A DNA stretch of 64,000 nt from the NCBI GenBank assembly GCA_000388065.2, contig KB932204.1; one strand, 5' to 3'. The notes below the pieces were generated by a model. That model ran no database searches. It saw only the letters and a program-made list of their open reading frames with translations, and had not been told where the DNA came from. Both the position numbers and the translations under genes were made by a program. This DNA comes from Fonticula alba ATCC 38817. Lineage: Eukaryota; Protista; Nucleariida. Below are positions 1 through 13,457 of the stretch, one piece after another. Position 1 is the first letter of the stretch. Each line of letters opens with the position of its first letter.

Positions 1-677
1 GTGAACTCTCTCCCTTGCCCGACTCATGCATCATGCCTGCTCTCCCACGCTCCCCCTCTCCCCGGGCACCACCGGATCCCGGTGGCCGGCAGGCAGCAGC
101 CCTGATGATCGCCACCGTGATTGCTCTTCCTGGTGTCTCCGGGCCCGTCAGCCTCGGGCCTCGGTCTGTGCCGGCCCCCGGAGAGGGGGCAAGACCTTCG
201 GCGACGTGTCACCGCGCGCACCCGCACGCGCGACGAGATGATGGCCAGCTGCCCCCTGCCTGTTGGATCTTGACGCGGCTCGATGCTATCGGCCGGATAA
301 AACCCCCACGTGACGGCACCACGCCAAGGTCAGCCCGATTGACCAGGCACCGCGCGCGTATGCAGTCCCCCCACCCCCGGTCTCGCTCCTTGGCCTTGGC
401 TGGCTCTCGCCTCTGCCATGTGCCCACCATGCGCCGGTACGGCGGGCCGACGCGTCGGGGGTCGCCCGTCTCGTGTCCTGTCTCTGCCCCTCGTCGCAGG
501 GCGTGCACACGCTGGGGCCTCTCTTGCTCGCCAATCCCTTCGCATACTTTCTTCTTTTTTTTCTTTTGCCTCCTCTTCTTCTCCTTGTCTCTCTTTCTCT
601 CTCTCTCCCTCTCCTTCTCAGGCACGCATGCGACCGGGGTGTTGGACCTGCGGGATCAGCAATCGGATGACTTGTGA
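1..677 (+). CDS. 3' end of a spliced host gene of unknown function (exons <1-357 and 622-677; 5' part lies outside the window)
   Basis: Open frame to a GTATGC donor at 358, a pyrimidine-rich intron ending TTCTCAG at 621, phase 1 matched, stop TGA at 675-677. No recognisable domain. Confidence 0.45.
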   Translation, partial: ELSPLPDSCIMPALPRSPSPRAPPDPGGRQAAALMIATVIALPGVSGPVSLGPRSVPAPGEGARPSATCHRAHPHARRDDGQLPPACWILTRLDAIGRIKPPRDGTTPRSARLTRHRARMQSPHPRSRSLALAGSRLCHVPTMRRYGGPTRRGSPVSCPVSAPRRRACTRWGLSCSPIPSHTFFFFFFCLLFFSLSLFLSLSLSFSGTHATGVLDLRDQQSDDL

Positions 678-1117
678 AGACGATCCCACTTGAACGCAAG
701 CAGCCCCCCCCCCCCCCGGAGAGGGCCATCTCCCTTTTAATAATTGAACTCCGTCGCTTCTTGGGTCATTGTCACGGATGGCGGCGGCGGCGATGACACG
801 CGCCACGCCCCTGCGTTCACACCTGCCCGTATGATTGCACGCATGTGCACTTGCGCACCCATCCCCGACCATTCACCTGCAGACCTGCGTGCAGCCTTGC
901 ACGCTTGCATGCTTGCACGTCTGCACGCACACTTACCCCATGACCACGCACACAAACAAAAGTGCTTCCCCGTCTCCTACCCAGGCAAGCAAGCCATAAC
1001 CATAACCACCTTGCCCCATAACCCCACACCCTACCGCGGTCCAGCGCGAATCAAGGCCCTAAAGAGGCATTGCTGTACATAAGACAAATGGAATGCCTGA
1101 GAAACAACGCCACATGC

Positions 1118-1122
<5 letters not shown>

Positions 1123-1162
<40 letters not shown>
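1123..1162. repeat. (CA)20 microsatellite
   Basis: Seen directly. Confidence 0.95.
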
Positions 1163-1163
<1 letters not shown>

Positions 1164-1357
1164 CCTGCCCCCTCCACATGTGTCCATGCATCCGCCCGCG
1201 CCCGGGGGGGAGAATGTCCCGTTAGCACACTGATATCTCCACAAAATGTGCCACTTGTGTGCCCCTGCAACGCCCAGTGCCCCTCCTTCCCCCTCTCTCC
1301 TCCCGCCCAGACACAGCATGCAAGACCACACAACCACAACCATAAAGCTGTTTATCT

Positions 1358-3342
1358 CTACTCAAAGCAAATATAGGGCCGGGCATCGTAGACAGGATTT
1401 ATCGTCAAGTCATCGGCAGAAGCACATAATTCGAGGACGGATGCGCCGGGATGTGCCATCATCGCCTGCTCCACTTGAAAGGCCCGTGCGGCCGCGTGTC
1501 GCATGAAGTCCGGGGCCATAAACCGGACGCCCTGTCGAGCAGCGTGCAGTCGCAGCGAATTCACCACCTGCGGCAGGGCGCAGCCCAGGTCCGCCGCCAC
1601 CTGGTGCAGCACCGGCCGCGGGTATTTCCCCTCCACCGCCGCCAGCAGGTCGGCCAGCTTCCCCTCCGGCACGTACATCCCCCCCGGCCCGGACCCGGCC
1701 CCCGGGCCCAGCGCCAGGAAGAAGTACTCCGGCGCATACCGGTACAGCATGCCGAACAGCACATCCGGCTGCTGGCCCAGATGGACGGCCAGCTCCCGCA
1801 CCGTGAAGCGCATCCGCCGGCCGGACGGGTGCACCTGCTTCGCCAGCCGCCGCAGCCGCCGGATGTCCTCATCCGCCAGGGCGTACTTCCGGAATGACGG
1901 ACGCGAATCCCAAAAGCCCTCGGGCCATCCGAAGGAAGACACCATCTGCTTGAAAGTTCCAGTCGAGGATATGCCCAAGTATTCACCTATTTCCACCTCT
2001 GCCAGCATGGGCCGCAGTCCAGCCAGACCCCGCATCTCGGCTTCCAGGTTCTGACTCAGCCCCGGCGCCAACAGCTGCACATTCGTCCCCGGGCCGGACC
2101 CATGCGCCCGGGGGTCGAAGTATGCGAGCTGACGATGCGCCGATACCCGGACCAGCGCATGGGTCCCTTCGCCCGCCGGCGACCCTTCGCCCGGGGGGGC
2201 CTGGTGCACCGGCGAAGTGGCCGGCAGGAAGCGCCGCGTGTACTCGCCCAGCGTCAGCCGGCCCAAACCCTCCGGCCGGGCAAGTTGCCGCACGGGCTGC
2301 CCGTCGGAATAGGGTAGCACCACCCCCGGCTCGTAGTACCTGATGTACCAGCGGAGTTGAGCGGCCGACATCGCCAACTGCCTGCCCATGTCCCGGAGAC
2401 TGTGCCGACGTTCTTGCAACAGCTCTCGCATGCGGGCCACCTTCTCCGCCGGCATCGGCCCCCGCAGATGGATCATGTACTCCGGGCATAGGTCCGGTCC
2501 GTGCCGGATGATCGACGTTTTAACCACACCTGACGATTTGCGGATCATCACCAGTGAGGGCACCGGCGACTGTTGTAGCCCTGCCACCAATGCCTCTCGC
2601 AGGGCTTCCATCTTTGCGCCTGGCAAATGCGACACCACCACATCTCCATGCTCCGGGAAGTGCCTGTCGATGGCCTTCGACAAGGATACCGAGCCGGTCG
2701 AAAGGAGCAACGCCATTGTCACTCTTGACAGGGGAGGATCCACGGTCAGCAGGTGCCCCAGCCGGCCGAGGCANNNNNNNNNNNNNNNNNNNNNNNNNNN
2801 NNNNNNNNNNNNNNNNNNNNNNNNNNNNNNNNNNNNNNNNNNNNNNNNNNNNNNNNNNNNNNNNNNNNNNNNNNNNNNNNNNNNNNNNNNNNNNNNNNNN
2901 NNNNNNNNNNNNNNNNNNNNNNNNNNNNNNNNNNNNNNNNNNNNNNNNNNNNNNNNNNNNNNNNNNNNNNNNNNNNNNNNNNNNNNNNNNNNNNNNNNNN
3001 NNNNNNNNNNNNNNNNNNNNNNNNNNNNNNNNNNNNNNNNNNNNNNNNNNNNNNNNNNNNNNNNNNNNNNNNNNNNNNNNNNNNNNNNNNNNNNNNNNNN
3101 NNNNNNNNNNNNNNNNNNNNNNNNGGCCGATTTGCCCGGGGGTCCCCGACAAGCCGCAGGAACAGCCGGAAGTGCGCCACATCGTCGAACCCCTGCGGCA
3201 GGGGCTCCTCCCCGGCCTCGATGGCCCGGCAGAGCCGCGCCCCGGCGCACTCGGCATCGTAAAGCTCATGCGCCGCCCCGGCCGCCGCGGCGACCGAGGA
3301 AAACTCTCGCACAGGCTGCAACGACATGCCCCCGGGAGCCAT
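1358..3342 (-). CDS. Protein with about four HTH-like segments; interrupted by N gap 2774-3124; possible mitochondrial presequence
   Basis: ORF 1358-2773 has host-like codon usage. HTH-like segments: SLRDMGRQLAMSAAQLRWY, EVEIGEYLGISS, FTVRELAVHLGQQPDVL, LHQVAADLGCALPQVV. Upstream of the gap an open frame starts at ATG 3342 or 3327 (MSLQPVREFSSVAAA). Linking across the gap is inferred. Confidence 0.65.
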
Positions 3343-6300
3343 GATGATGGCCCGGCACGCTGTCGCACACACATCCCGGTGGATGGCCAGGGGGGAAACC
3401 TGGGCCCGGGCGGCCGGGGACCATACACCGGCCAGAGACCAGCCCCGTCGGGCCGCCACCGCCGTCGCCAATGCCGGCGAGCCCCACGCACGCAGGGCTC
3501 GCACGGCCGTCCTTGAAACCAACATACGATGAGAGGGGTCGAGGGAGAAGGCGAGAAGAAGAGAAAGGCGCGTGCACACGCACAGAGAGAGAGGAAGGGG
3601 GAGGGGAGGGGGGAAAACGGAGGTTGCCATGTGCCCCAGGCCCCCCGCGCATGCGCGCCCCACGCCCACAAATAGATCCCCACACACAGCCCCTCCGCAA
3701 AGAGCAGCCCCCCGGAGGGAGCCCGGCCCCAGCGAGCANNNNNNNNNNCCCGCGCATGCGCGCCCCACGCCCACAAATAGATCCCCACACACAGCCCCTC
3801 CGCAAAGAGCAGCCCCCCGGAGGGAGCCCGGCCCCAGCGAGCACGAGCGCATACACACAAGGAGATCGCACGCCGCTGCACAGGACACCGCAAACACAAA
3901 CCCGAGGAGGGCCTCCCATCCAGCAACCCGTCCGTTGGCTGTCCGGCTCGCATTATCAAATGATATGAATTCGCATTTTCCTTTGAAGAAAGACATTATT
4001 GGCTAAGGCTCGCACATGATGTGCTAGAGCCACGTGCCCAGCACATGCCCATCCGCCTTGCCATCCGCCAGGACGGGAGGCATGGCGCCGCGCGCTCCCG
4101 CCAACCTGGCGCCCCCCGGCGCAGCCCTTCCCCATGTGCCCCCTCGTCACAGAGGGGCGGCCCTCCCTCAGCCTCCACCATGGCCGGCTGCCGGAGATGG
4201 CGAATGGCCCCCCCCCCTTTGCGCCAGGACAATCCGCATGCTCTGATGCATACAGCCTGTCTTCTTCGCCGCCGCTCCCTCGCTCGCCCCCAACTCCTGC
4301 ACTCGCCTCCTGCTGGCCCCACGGTCAGCGGCGCGCACCACGCACCTCATGGGCCCGGCAGTGCGGCGCAGCGCGCCGCCCCCCGCTCGTCTGGCCCCGC
4401 GCGGCCGACTGTCGGCCCCTCCGACAAGCGAAGGCGCAGCATCGGCCTTCGCCGCAGGACGGTCCACCCTCCGCCGGCACACGGCCGCCGGAAACATGGC
4501 TCCCCTTTTTCCCCCCTCTCCCGGCAGGGCAGCCTCTCCCGGGCGCCGAGAAGCGCCCCCTCTGTCTTTGGCAATCCCGGAAGGAGACCTGCTTGCCCCC
4601 ACACGGTGCGTGTGTGCCAAGTGTGCCCGGCACCCGATCATGGGGCTCCTTTGTTTGTCCGCCCTCCCGACGGTCGCCGCGCGCAGCATCGGCCATGGAC
4701 GCGATAGAAGTGCGTGTGCGCGCGCGCACACGGTACGCGTCTGGCGCCCGGATGCCCGCCGAATGGCTTGCCTCTCCAAGTCCCCCTCTCGCCGCCAGCC
4801 AGTCCACCACATCGCGTGGGGCCTTGTTGCTCGGGCCGGGCCGATGGTTAGGGCCAGCACCGAGCCGATGCCTCGCCGCCTGCTTGCCCAACTCATCCGG
4901 CGCTGGGAACTCGCGCGCATGCCGCGCACCATAGCCCCATCCTCCCAAAGCGGACCCCCTCGCCATCGACCCATGTGCGCGAGGGGGAAAGGCCCGCAGC
5001 TGCGCACCCATACCAGCGCGGGGGCGGGAGTCGGCCTGCGCGCATGCCACCACCGAGCGACATGCCGACCGGCGGCCAGGAGGGCAAAGGGGAGCGCCAC
5101 AGCCGGCAAGACGCAAGACACAGGGCATGAGATGCTTGGCGACGCACGCAGGACATCGGGGATGCGCCTCGGATCGCGGGCAAGATGCACCGCGCCATGT
5201 CGCTCCAGCAGCCGCCGCCGCCGCCGCCGCCTCGCGCGACGCACCTGCACATGGTGCCACCTCCTCCTCCGTCCGCCCGGCCGGGCGGACGCCCGAACGC
5301 ACACCGGCACACCCGATGGCACGGCCATGCACATGTGCAGACACAGATATATATATGTGCGCACGCACAAAGGCCCCTGGCCAGGCGGAGGCAGGGGCCC
5401 CGCCCGAACGGCGCCCTCACGAACAGGCCCCCCCCCCCCCCTCACTCCGACCCACCCTTCGCCACGATGGGGCCCGGCCCGCTGCCTCTTCCTCCCCGCC
5501 GGGCAGGCGCCGCCGCCCATCACTCCATCGCCTCATCGGCCCGCCAAGGCCCCTGGTCAGGCTCGACGCAGCCCCCCCGCCACAGGCAGTGCATGCCCCC
5601 TTCATGCCGGGGCCCCAAGGGCGCCCAGGGTCCACGGGGCCGCGCGACAACCGACGCGCAAGAACACACGGCCACGTAGAGACACGCGCGCCTCCGACGA
5701 CAGCCCCGTCGCCCGGGGGGCCTCTCCGCGCACATGCCCCTGCGCGTGGCGGTCGCTCCCAGGACACAGCCATGGCCGCGCGCCGCCGAGCGGCCCTGCC
5801 CGGTCGCGCGTCGACCACCCGCAGATGGCCGCCGTCGTCCGCCAACAACCGGCTGCTCGCCGCCTCACCGAGAGCACCACCATGCCGGGGCCGCGCGGCC
5901 GGCCCATTCCACGCGCCGACTGCACAACCCCACACCGGTCCCCATTCCCCCCTTGCTCATTGTCGGGTCTTCCCGCACGCGAGCAGGGATGCGTCCGTGT
6001 TGCCCGGTCGGCCCTCTCGGCATGAGGACGCGGCCAACAACCACCCGTAGGCCCACGCCGCCCCCCGCCCCAAGGGGAGGGGGCCACCAGGGCCGGGCAG
6101 GCTCTTGCGCTTGCCCCGGCCCGTGGTCGGCACCTTCTTTGTCCTGCCTCCTGGGCCCTGCCCCTTGTCCTCCCCGGCCCCCTGGCTCCGAGGCGCGCCG
6201 CTGGTCCTTCGATCTGCGTGCCCTCCCTCCGCCCTTCGCGGCTGCCCTCGCCCTCGACACCGAGGCATACCAAATGCGAGTGCATCTGCCCGAACTCTCG

Positions 6301-9300
6301 GCCCCTGGACTACGGCTTTCCCCCCCTGGCTGACACTTGCCTTGGCCGGGCGGCCACCACGGCCAGCCTGTGCCCCGTATCCCATGGTTGCCCCATGGCG
6401 CCCCCCCCCCTCGGCTCCTGCCACGTTCGCTGCTCCTCCCGGCCGTGGCCAGGCCTCCCCCCCCCGGCGGGGCGCTACACCAGACTGGATCTCCTCCTCT
6501 GCCGGACGACTGATCTCTCGCCGCGGCCTGCACTCTGACGATGCTACCGGGACCGCTGCCGGCGGCGACCACGCACGGCGAGCCCGGCCCGCCGTTTGGA
6601 GGTGCCCCCCCCCCTCCCCGGAACCCCGGCCGGGCCTCGCGTGCCTCGGGAAAGCGCGCGTGCCCGGCCCCGGGAACCATAAGCCCGGCCTGTCTCGCGC
6701 CGAAATCCGCCCCTCGGCCGGCATCGCTTGGTCTGAGTCTCGGCCACGGTGGCCTCGGCCGTCGTCGGGCACACCATCGCGGCGGGCCGGTCGAGCACCG
6801 GCGCCGTCGCACGGCGCCCGCCCAGTCCGTCACCACGCCGCCACATGCGCCCGTCCCTCGGCCACAAGACGCTTCCCGATGTGCGCGCGTGACGCCCCGC
6901 CTGCCGGCGGCTCAAGCACGATGCGCCCCGCGACAATCCCCGCATCCCCCCCCCCGCGGCCCCCCGCCTCCCTCCCCGCACGAGCGCCACGCATCTGACC
7001 TGGGCCCGGCGTTGCTTGTGTTGCCTGCCACAGCCGCTGCCCCTCTGTGTCATCCTGTGCTGGCGCAGGCCGCCCCAGGGCCCTGTGGTTCCGACCAAAA
7101 AGGCCCCCCTCCCACCCGATCGGCATCGTCACCGGTCCTTCGTGTCCACACACACACACACGCTGCTGCCCCATGTCTTCCTGACGATGGGCTGCTTGAG
7201 CACCCCCACCCAGGCTCCCCAGCACCTGCGGACAGACCACCAGCCAAATTCTGCCGCGCGCACGCACGCGTACACCCCGACGATCCGCCCACCCGGTACG
7301 CCACATGGCATGGCACACATCCCCGAGCCCGCGAGACCCGCCGCGTTATAAAATACACACCAATAGGCACGTCGACCGGCTCTTCCCGGCCACGGCGGCC
7401 TCTGTGCAGCCCGACGCCGGCCGAACGGCCCCCAGGGGCTTCCCGGTGCTCACGGCGGACACAATGCCCATCTTGTTTGAGTCACGCCCGGCACGGCGTT
7501 TGCCCACCACCGGCCTGGCCGACATACCGGGCCCACGCATCCGAGCCGGGGTCATGCTCCTTGCCCCGAGCAGCCCCCCGTGCCAGGTCCCTGCCCCGGG
7601 GGCGCCCTCACCTTCGCACGGACACTCCCGTCAAGCCGCGTATGATGCTTCGACCACGCCACGCGACGTCACGGCCCCCACGGATGCCGCTCGCACGGTG
7701 GGGCATCATTGCCCCCGGGGACCGGCACCGCCCCCGAGCCAGGCGCATCGGCCCCCGGGCGAGCTCATGCGCCGCCCTCGCGCAGCGTCCCCCACGGGCC
7801 CGCCACCTCCTGGCCCCGCGGTCTCTCATACACACACACGCAAGCACATGTGCCCATCTCAATGGACCACCCCGCGTGCGATCCCATGGCGATGCAGTTG
7901 CCCGGGAGCAGCGTGCGCCCCCTGCCTGCCCGGTGTGCGGACACAGTCAGACACGCGAAGAGATGCCACCGAGGGCCGGCCCTCTCGACCGGCACCGTCG
8001 GCAGCGACAGCCGCCTGCGGCCCCGGCTGGCGCCTCGCTCCGCCCGGTGCTCAGCTGGCCACAGCCAAGGCCGACAGCACCCTGCCCCGGAGGGGACAGC
8101 AGCGAGGCGCCGCCCCGGCCTGCAGGCTCCGCATCGCCTCGCGGACGACGCCCCCCCGCCATGTGGCACAAACGGCTGCCCCTCGCGGTGTGGGCACCAC
8201 CCGCCGAGCACCGCCGGTCGTGCGGGCTCGCTCCACCGGCGCCGGGGAACATCCACAGGGAGCGCCAGCCAGATCCCGGCGACTCGAAGATGACCCCCCA
8301 TCCGCACTCACGGGACGGCGGCGACGACGCGGGTCGGGCCGGGCCCCCTCGGCGACACGCGCCTGCCACTTTTCCTTTCGACCCGGCACGCGCGAAGAGA
8401 CACACGCACGAAGCCACGCCACAACCACAGCCGCCCCGGTCACCTGCTTGCCAGAACGCGGCAGGCCCCCGGCAACAGCACAGTCACCAGCAGCCCTCGC
8501 CCCATAACGACCACGGCCACAACACCGGCCCGGGAGGTGGCCCATTCAAGGCACCGGCCCCAGCACCGCCGCACACCCGCCCGGCAGCCTTTTGCCCACA
8601 TCGAGGGAGGGCAGCACGAGGCCCACGCTCTCGATCGGCACCACCGCGCACTCGCCCCCTCCCGCCTGGACCTCCTCCTCCCCCGCGCCAGCGTGACCCA
8701 CTCGGCCCGCCAGATCCCCTTCAGTCGCTCATCTTCCAGGAGCGGCGCCGGCGTGGCCCCCCCCCCTCCACACACACAGACACGCGGCTCGGTGGCCGCC
8801 TGGCCTGCTTCGCCAGCAGGCCTGCCTGCATGGGGTCGCGCAGGCGAAAACACGCGCCCCCCCGCCTCCGCCCCATAGCCATAACAACCGTCGCCGGACG
8901 ACACACAGCCATTGACCCCATTGCCCAAAAGGCCATGGCTCTCTCTCTCCCAAGCGTGCCCTGGCGCGCGCGCACACAGGGAGAAAAAAGATCCGACCGT
9001 ACTTGCCCGGGGAATTGCTCGACACCAGGGCCACCATGGCCGGAGGGGCCCGCCTGCCCCGGCAGTCGGCGCGGTTCGCCAAACAGCCCCCTGGCTGGCC
9101 GCCGAGCGCCAGCCTCCCCCGGGAGAGGAGGCGCCGCAGCATCGAGAGGGGGAAAGGGAAATGCCGACCCGCCACCGTGGCGACGTCTTGCCGTCCGGAA
9201 AACCCGGACCGGTGCAAGGGCCTCGCACAGGATGCCTCCACCAGGTCGGCTTGCGCCGATTCCACCCCCGGGTGTCCACAAAGGCGCAACAGAACATCAG

Positions 9301-12300
9301 GCGATGGAAAGCCGCAGGCCAGCCACACCCCATAACCACCAGGGACCAGGGTGGGCGGCGGACTCCCGAGGGCAGGCCGGAGCAGCGAGAGGGGCAGAGA
9401 GAAAAATACAGCCTCCCTCCCCCCGGCCGGAGGGCACCCACCAGGCACAGGGAGGACCTCGCACAGCAGAGAGAGAAGAACCCCCGGCCCGCAAGACGAA
9501 CCCGACGGGGGGAGCCAGGACACACGAGAGGACGCCACGGAGCATCGGTCAGCCACACACGCGGCAACACCCGCGCGCCCGGGCGCCGGGAGGGGGAGAG
9601 CAGGCCCGGGCCCTTGGCCAAGCCCCAGGCGCGCGCCCGTGGGCACATGTGCACGCGCGCCCGTGTCGCCCGCCAGCCCCGCCCGCCTCCCCGCGAGCAG
9701 CACCCTTCGCCGGACATGTATGCGCGCATACCCCGGCACAACCAGCGGCCCAAGGGGCGAAGAGCCGGAAGAACAACACACACACATGCACACTCGAGCA
9801 GGAGAACAAAAAGAACGGCCCCGCACGCGTTGCGGGCACATGCCAAGTCACGCCCGAGCAAGCCGAGGAAAAAAGCCGGGAGTAGCGCGCCCCAGGGGCA
9901 CATGCGCCGGCCGCGAGCCGGCAGACAGCCCGCCCGATCGCCGGGCCCGCCACTCGGGCCAGCTCGACCGGCAGCAGGGGGGGGATGCCACACGCACGTC
10001 CGTTCGCGGACAACCGAGAGAGGAGGCTGGGGGCAGGAAAAACGGGAGAGGAGGAAGGGGAGGCCACATGTCTGGCCCGCCCGCCGCCCCCGGGGGAGAC
10101 ACACCGCCCCGGCACATCAATCCCCATGGCCACGGCTCATTGGGGGGCAGGGAGCCGCAGACCGAGAAACACCCCCCGGCCGCGACACACACACGCCTGG
10201 CGGGGACGCGGCCGCACGTGCCACCCGCACAGGGCCCCGCCCAGCAACCGATCCGTTGGCAGACGCGCGTCCGTTGGACCCTGGCGCCCGCCCGGGACAG
10301 AATCCGCCCCCCGCCGGTCCAGGCCGCCAAGGGGGGGCGCGCACGCGGCAGTCCCGGTCGGATCTCCCACCCGGCCCCCCGAGAGGGCCAGCCCCCCCGC
10401 ACGCCACCGCCCCCCCCCCCCGCCCGCCGGTCGATCTGGCCCACCCTCCCGCCGGCGAAGGCGCTGCCAGGCGGCCCTCCGCCCGAGGCCGATCGGCACG
10501 ACCACGCGCATCCGCCAGCGCCGGGCCTTCGACACCCCCTCTCGCCCTGCTCGTGGCCACCGCCTCGTGGCCAGCCCCGAGCATGCAAAGCGCGCTGCCA
10601 GGCCAGACCCACGCCCCTCCCCCTGCCTCCAAGGGGGCGGCGTGACAGGTGCAAGGGCGGGAGGCATCCCAACGCCCGGTCCTGCCCTGGCTGGGCTGCG
10701 GCGCCGGCTCGGCCCCGACGAAGACATCGCCGGCGCCGCCATACCACCGGCTCCGGACCGATGGCCAGGCGCCTCGCCCTCCTGGCCCAGGCTCGCCGGA
10801 GGGCTGCTCTGGCCCCGGGGCCACGCCCAGGGCACGGGCATCCCCTCCTGGCTGCCCTCGCCGCGCCGGGACGCCCGCCGATGCCGCCCAGGCCGCCGCC
10901 ACATCCCGGGTCATTACCCCCCCCCCAGGCGGGGCCACGCCCATGCCGGGCCCGGGCGCGTACACCAGGCACCCTACTCCACGCTGCGCATATAGATGCA
11001 CCGGGGCACGCGCCTGCGCGCACAAACACACATGGCCGCCCGTGGACCTTCACCTCCCTGTGCACGCACGCCCACATCCATGGCCGGGCCCAGTGCGTCA
11101 CCCGGCAGGGCGCCCAAGCCAGGGGCACTCGCGCCCGAGGGAAATGCCCGGCCCTGTCCGCAGCGCCACCCGGCCAACCCCCGACAAGGGAACCGGCCCG
11201 TCTCGACGACCCTTTCGCAGCCACCCCCTCCCCCCAGGGGAGCCTCCTGCGCCCGCCACAGCCACATGCGACCCGCGCCAGGGCGGCCCGCATGGGGACA
11301 ATCCACAAACCCGGGAGACCGACGCTCCTCCCGGCCGGGGAGGGCCCAGCACCCGGTGCCTGGCACTGAGGGACCCGCACCGGCCACGTACGCCATGCAA
11401 CAGCGAAGTGTGCCCGCAGGCAGGCACGCGCATGCCCGGAGCACAGGAGGCCAGAATTCCGCCCAGCCCCTCGGCAATCCGGCCCCGAGATGGGCGGCGA
11501 GCGGCCACGGGCCACACAGGCCACGCCGTGTGACGGGACGCTTGCTGGCTTTTCGGCCGGGCCCCCTGGCGATCCCGGACCCAGTGCACTCGCGCCGCGC
11601 ATTGTCGATCGCCGCACACCCGCGACCGAGTCCCTCCCACCACCGGTGCCATCTGCCGGCAGGGGGGAAGGCGCGCCGCCCCGACACGGCCCCCGCCCGG
11701 GCGAGGCACAGGGACACCCTCTCGCCACGCGGCCATAAAGTCGCGCGGCCGAGAGCGAGCGCACAAACACTCAACCTTTCACATGCGTGGCATCCCCCCG
11801 TTCACCCCCCTGCAAAAGAGCCGCGGGCATTCAATTCTTTCCCTGGTATACGCGAGGGGCCTCGACATCAGGGGCGGCACGCAGACACCCCCGGGAGCGC
11901 TTTTCCAATCAGAGGATTAATAGACCCCCCCTCCTATGGCAGGCGGTCGTGACCGGGGGGCAGCGACACGGAAAGGTCGGCCACAGGGGCAGGCACCCGG
12001 CGATGGAAACGCAAGCCCCACAACGCGGGCGGCACGAGGAGGGAAGGATACCCGACAATGGCCGACCATCACTGGATAGCCGGCTAGCCGCCACTGCGTA
12101 CACGCTCGTTGGCCGTGGTGGGGACAATAACCAGCCAGGGCTCAACCGACCGCTGGTGATGCGCCACCCACCTCGGCCCAGGTGCCCAGGGACAAGAGAC
12201 CCGGGCGGGGCGCGAGCGAGTGGGCGTCGGCAGCGATGCGCCCCAATCTTGGTGCGGGGCTCGCAGCAAGAAGGACGAGGGACGCCAACCGGAGCCCCAT

Positions 12301-13390
12301 TCGGAGCCCGCACACTCCCCAGCACGACGCGAAGACCCGCCGACGGGCCGAGAGCGGCGGACACGTAGCAGCGAGCCCATGGAGGCACGAGGGACCAGAG
12401 TCCCACAAGCAGCAATCGCGGGCCCAGCGGGGCGGCAGGCAGCCGCCGCGACACAGTCACCCCCGGAAGGGGGCACAGCGCAGGGCACGGACAGAACAAG
12501 AACATCCAACCGCCATGATGGCACCCGGGGATCCTTCCCAGCAAGGCGATGGCTTTGGCGATGGCGGCACTAGCGAGGCGCCACGGCCGGCCCGAGCATC
12601 ACCCCGAACGGACGACCAGTCACAACCAACCGCACCAGGGCGCTCCCCTTTCCCGCGGGGACCACCGACGACGGGCCGCGGCCGGGGATAGCCTCCCGGA
12701 CCGCGTAAAACCGAAAGACAGCAAAGAGAGGCATGGCGACATGTCAACAAGCCCGGCAGGAGCGAGAGGCCCGGCGCGGCCGGCCCTGGTCGGGACGAAC
12801 AGAGGCAGCCTCAGCCGGCAGGTGCATGCAGAGAGAGAGATCAGGTCCCGCAGACCGAATCACGCAGGGCACCAAGTGGGAAGGGCAATCGAGGAGTACC
12901 GGCCCCATGGAGGACAGCCCGCGGCAGGGCCGGAATAGCACTCTTCCACAACTCTCCATGCACATGCCGAGGATCGGCCTCGGGACACACTCTCCCGGCC
13001 GGGGGATGATGACAGACCAAAGAAGGGAATCCCAACCACCACGGACATCAGACGAGAAAAGTCCACACTGACCACGAAAAAAAGGCACACAAGCGCGAGT
13101 ACGAGTCCAGACGTGTGAGTGCAAGCCAAGGGACCCGTCACGCCGACCGATAAAGCCAGCCCGGGCACGGGGCACACACATGCCATGCACACACCGCGGC
13201 AGGGCCAGGCCGACCAAACGAGACGGGCACAGAGACGACACAACGAACCACGCCACAGGCGATGCCATCGCACATGCGAGCCCGTGGCCGCGCCCGGCGG
13301 ACAAGCCCCGTACACACCGTCGTTCGTTCGGGCAGCCGGCACCGCCCAAGCGAATCACCAGAGGAGAGGCAGGAGCAAAGACAGCAATGT

Positions 13391-13457
13391 GAGCAGGAGC
13401 AAAATCCGGGAGCGAGCAGGAGCAAAATCCGGGAGCGAGCAGGAGCAAAATCCGGGA
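13391..13457 (+). repeat. 23-bp tandem repeat GAGCAGGAGCAAAATCCGGGAGC, about 3 copies
   Basis: Copies at 13391, 13414 and 13437 (partial). Confidence 0.9.

Noticed and set aside
3644-3843. ~95-bp direct duplication
   Set aside because: Identical copies abut a 10-N gap (3739-3748), typical of unmerged contig ends.
6541-9885. 1,114-aa ORF and the many other long Pro/Arg/Ala/Gly-rich ORFs at 4-13.6 kb and 31-39 kb
   Set aside because: Expected by chance in T-poor, very GC-rich DNA. They overlap in several frames and show no motifs or splice-consistent structure.
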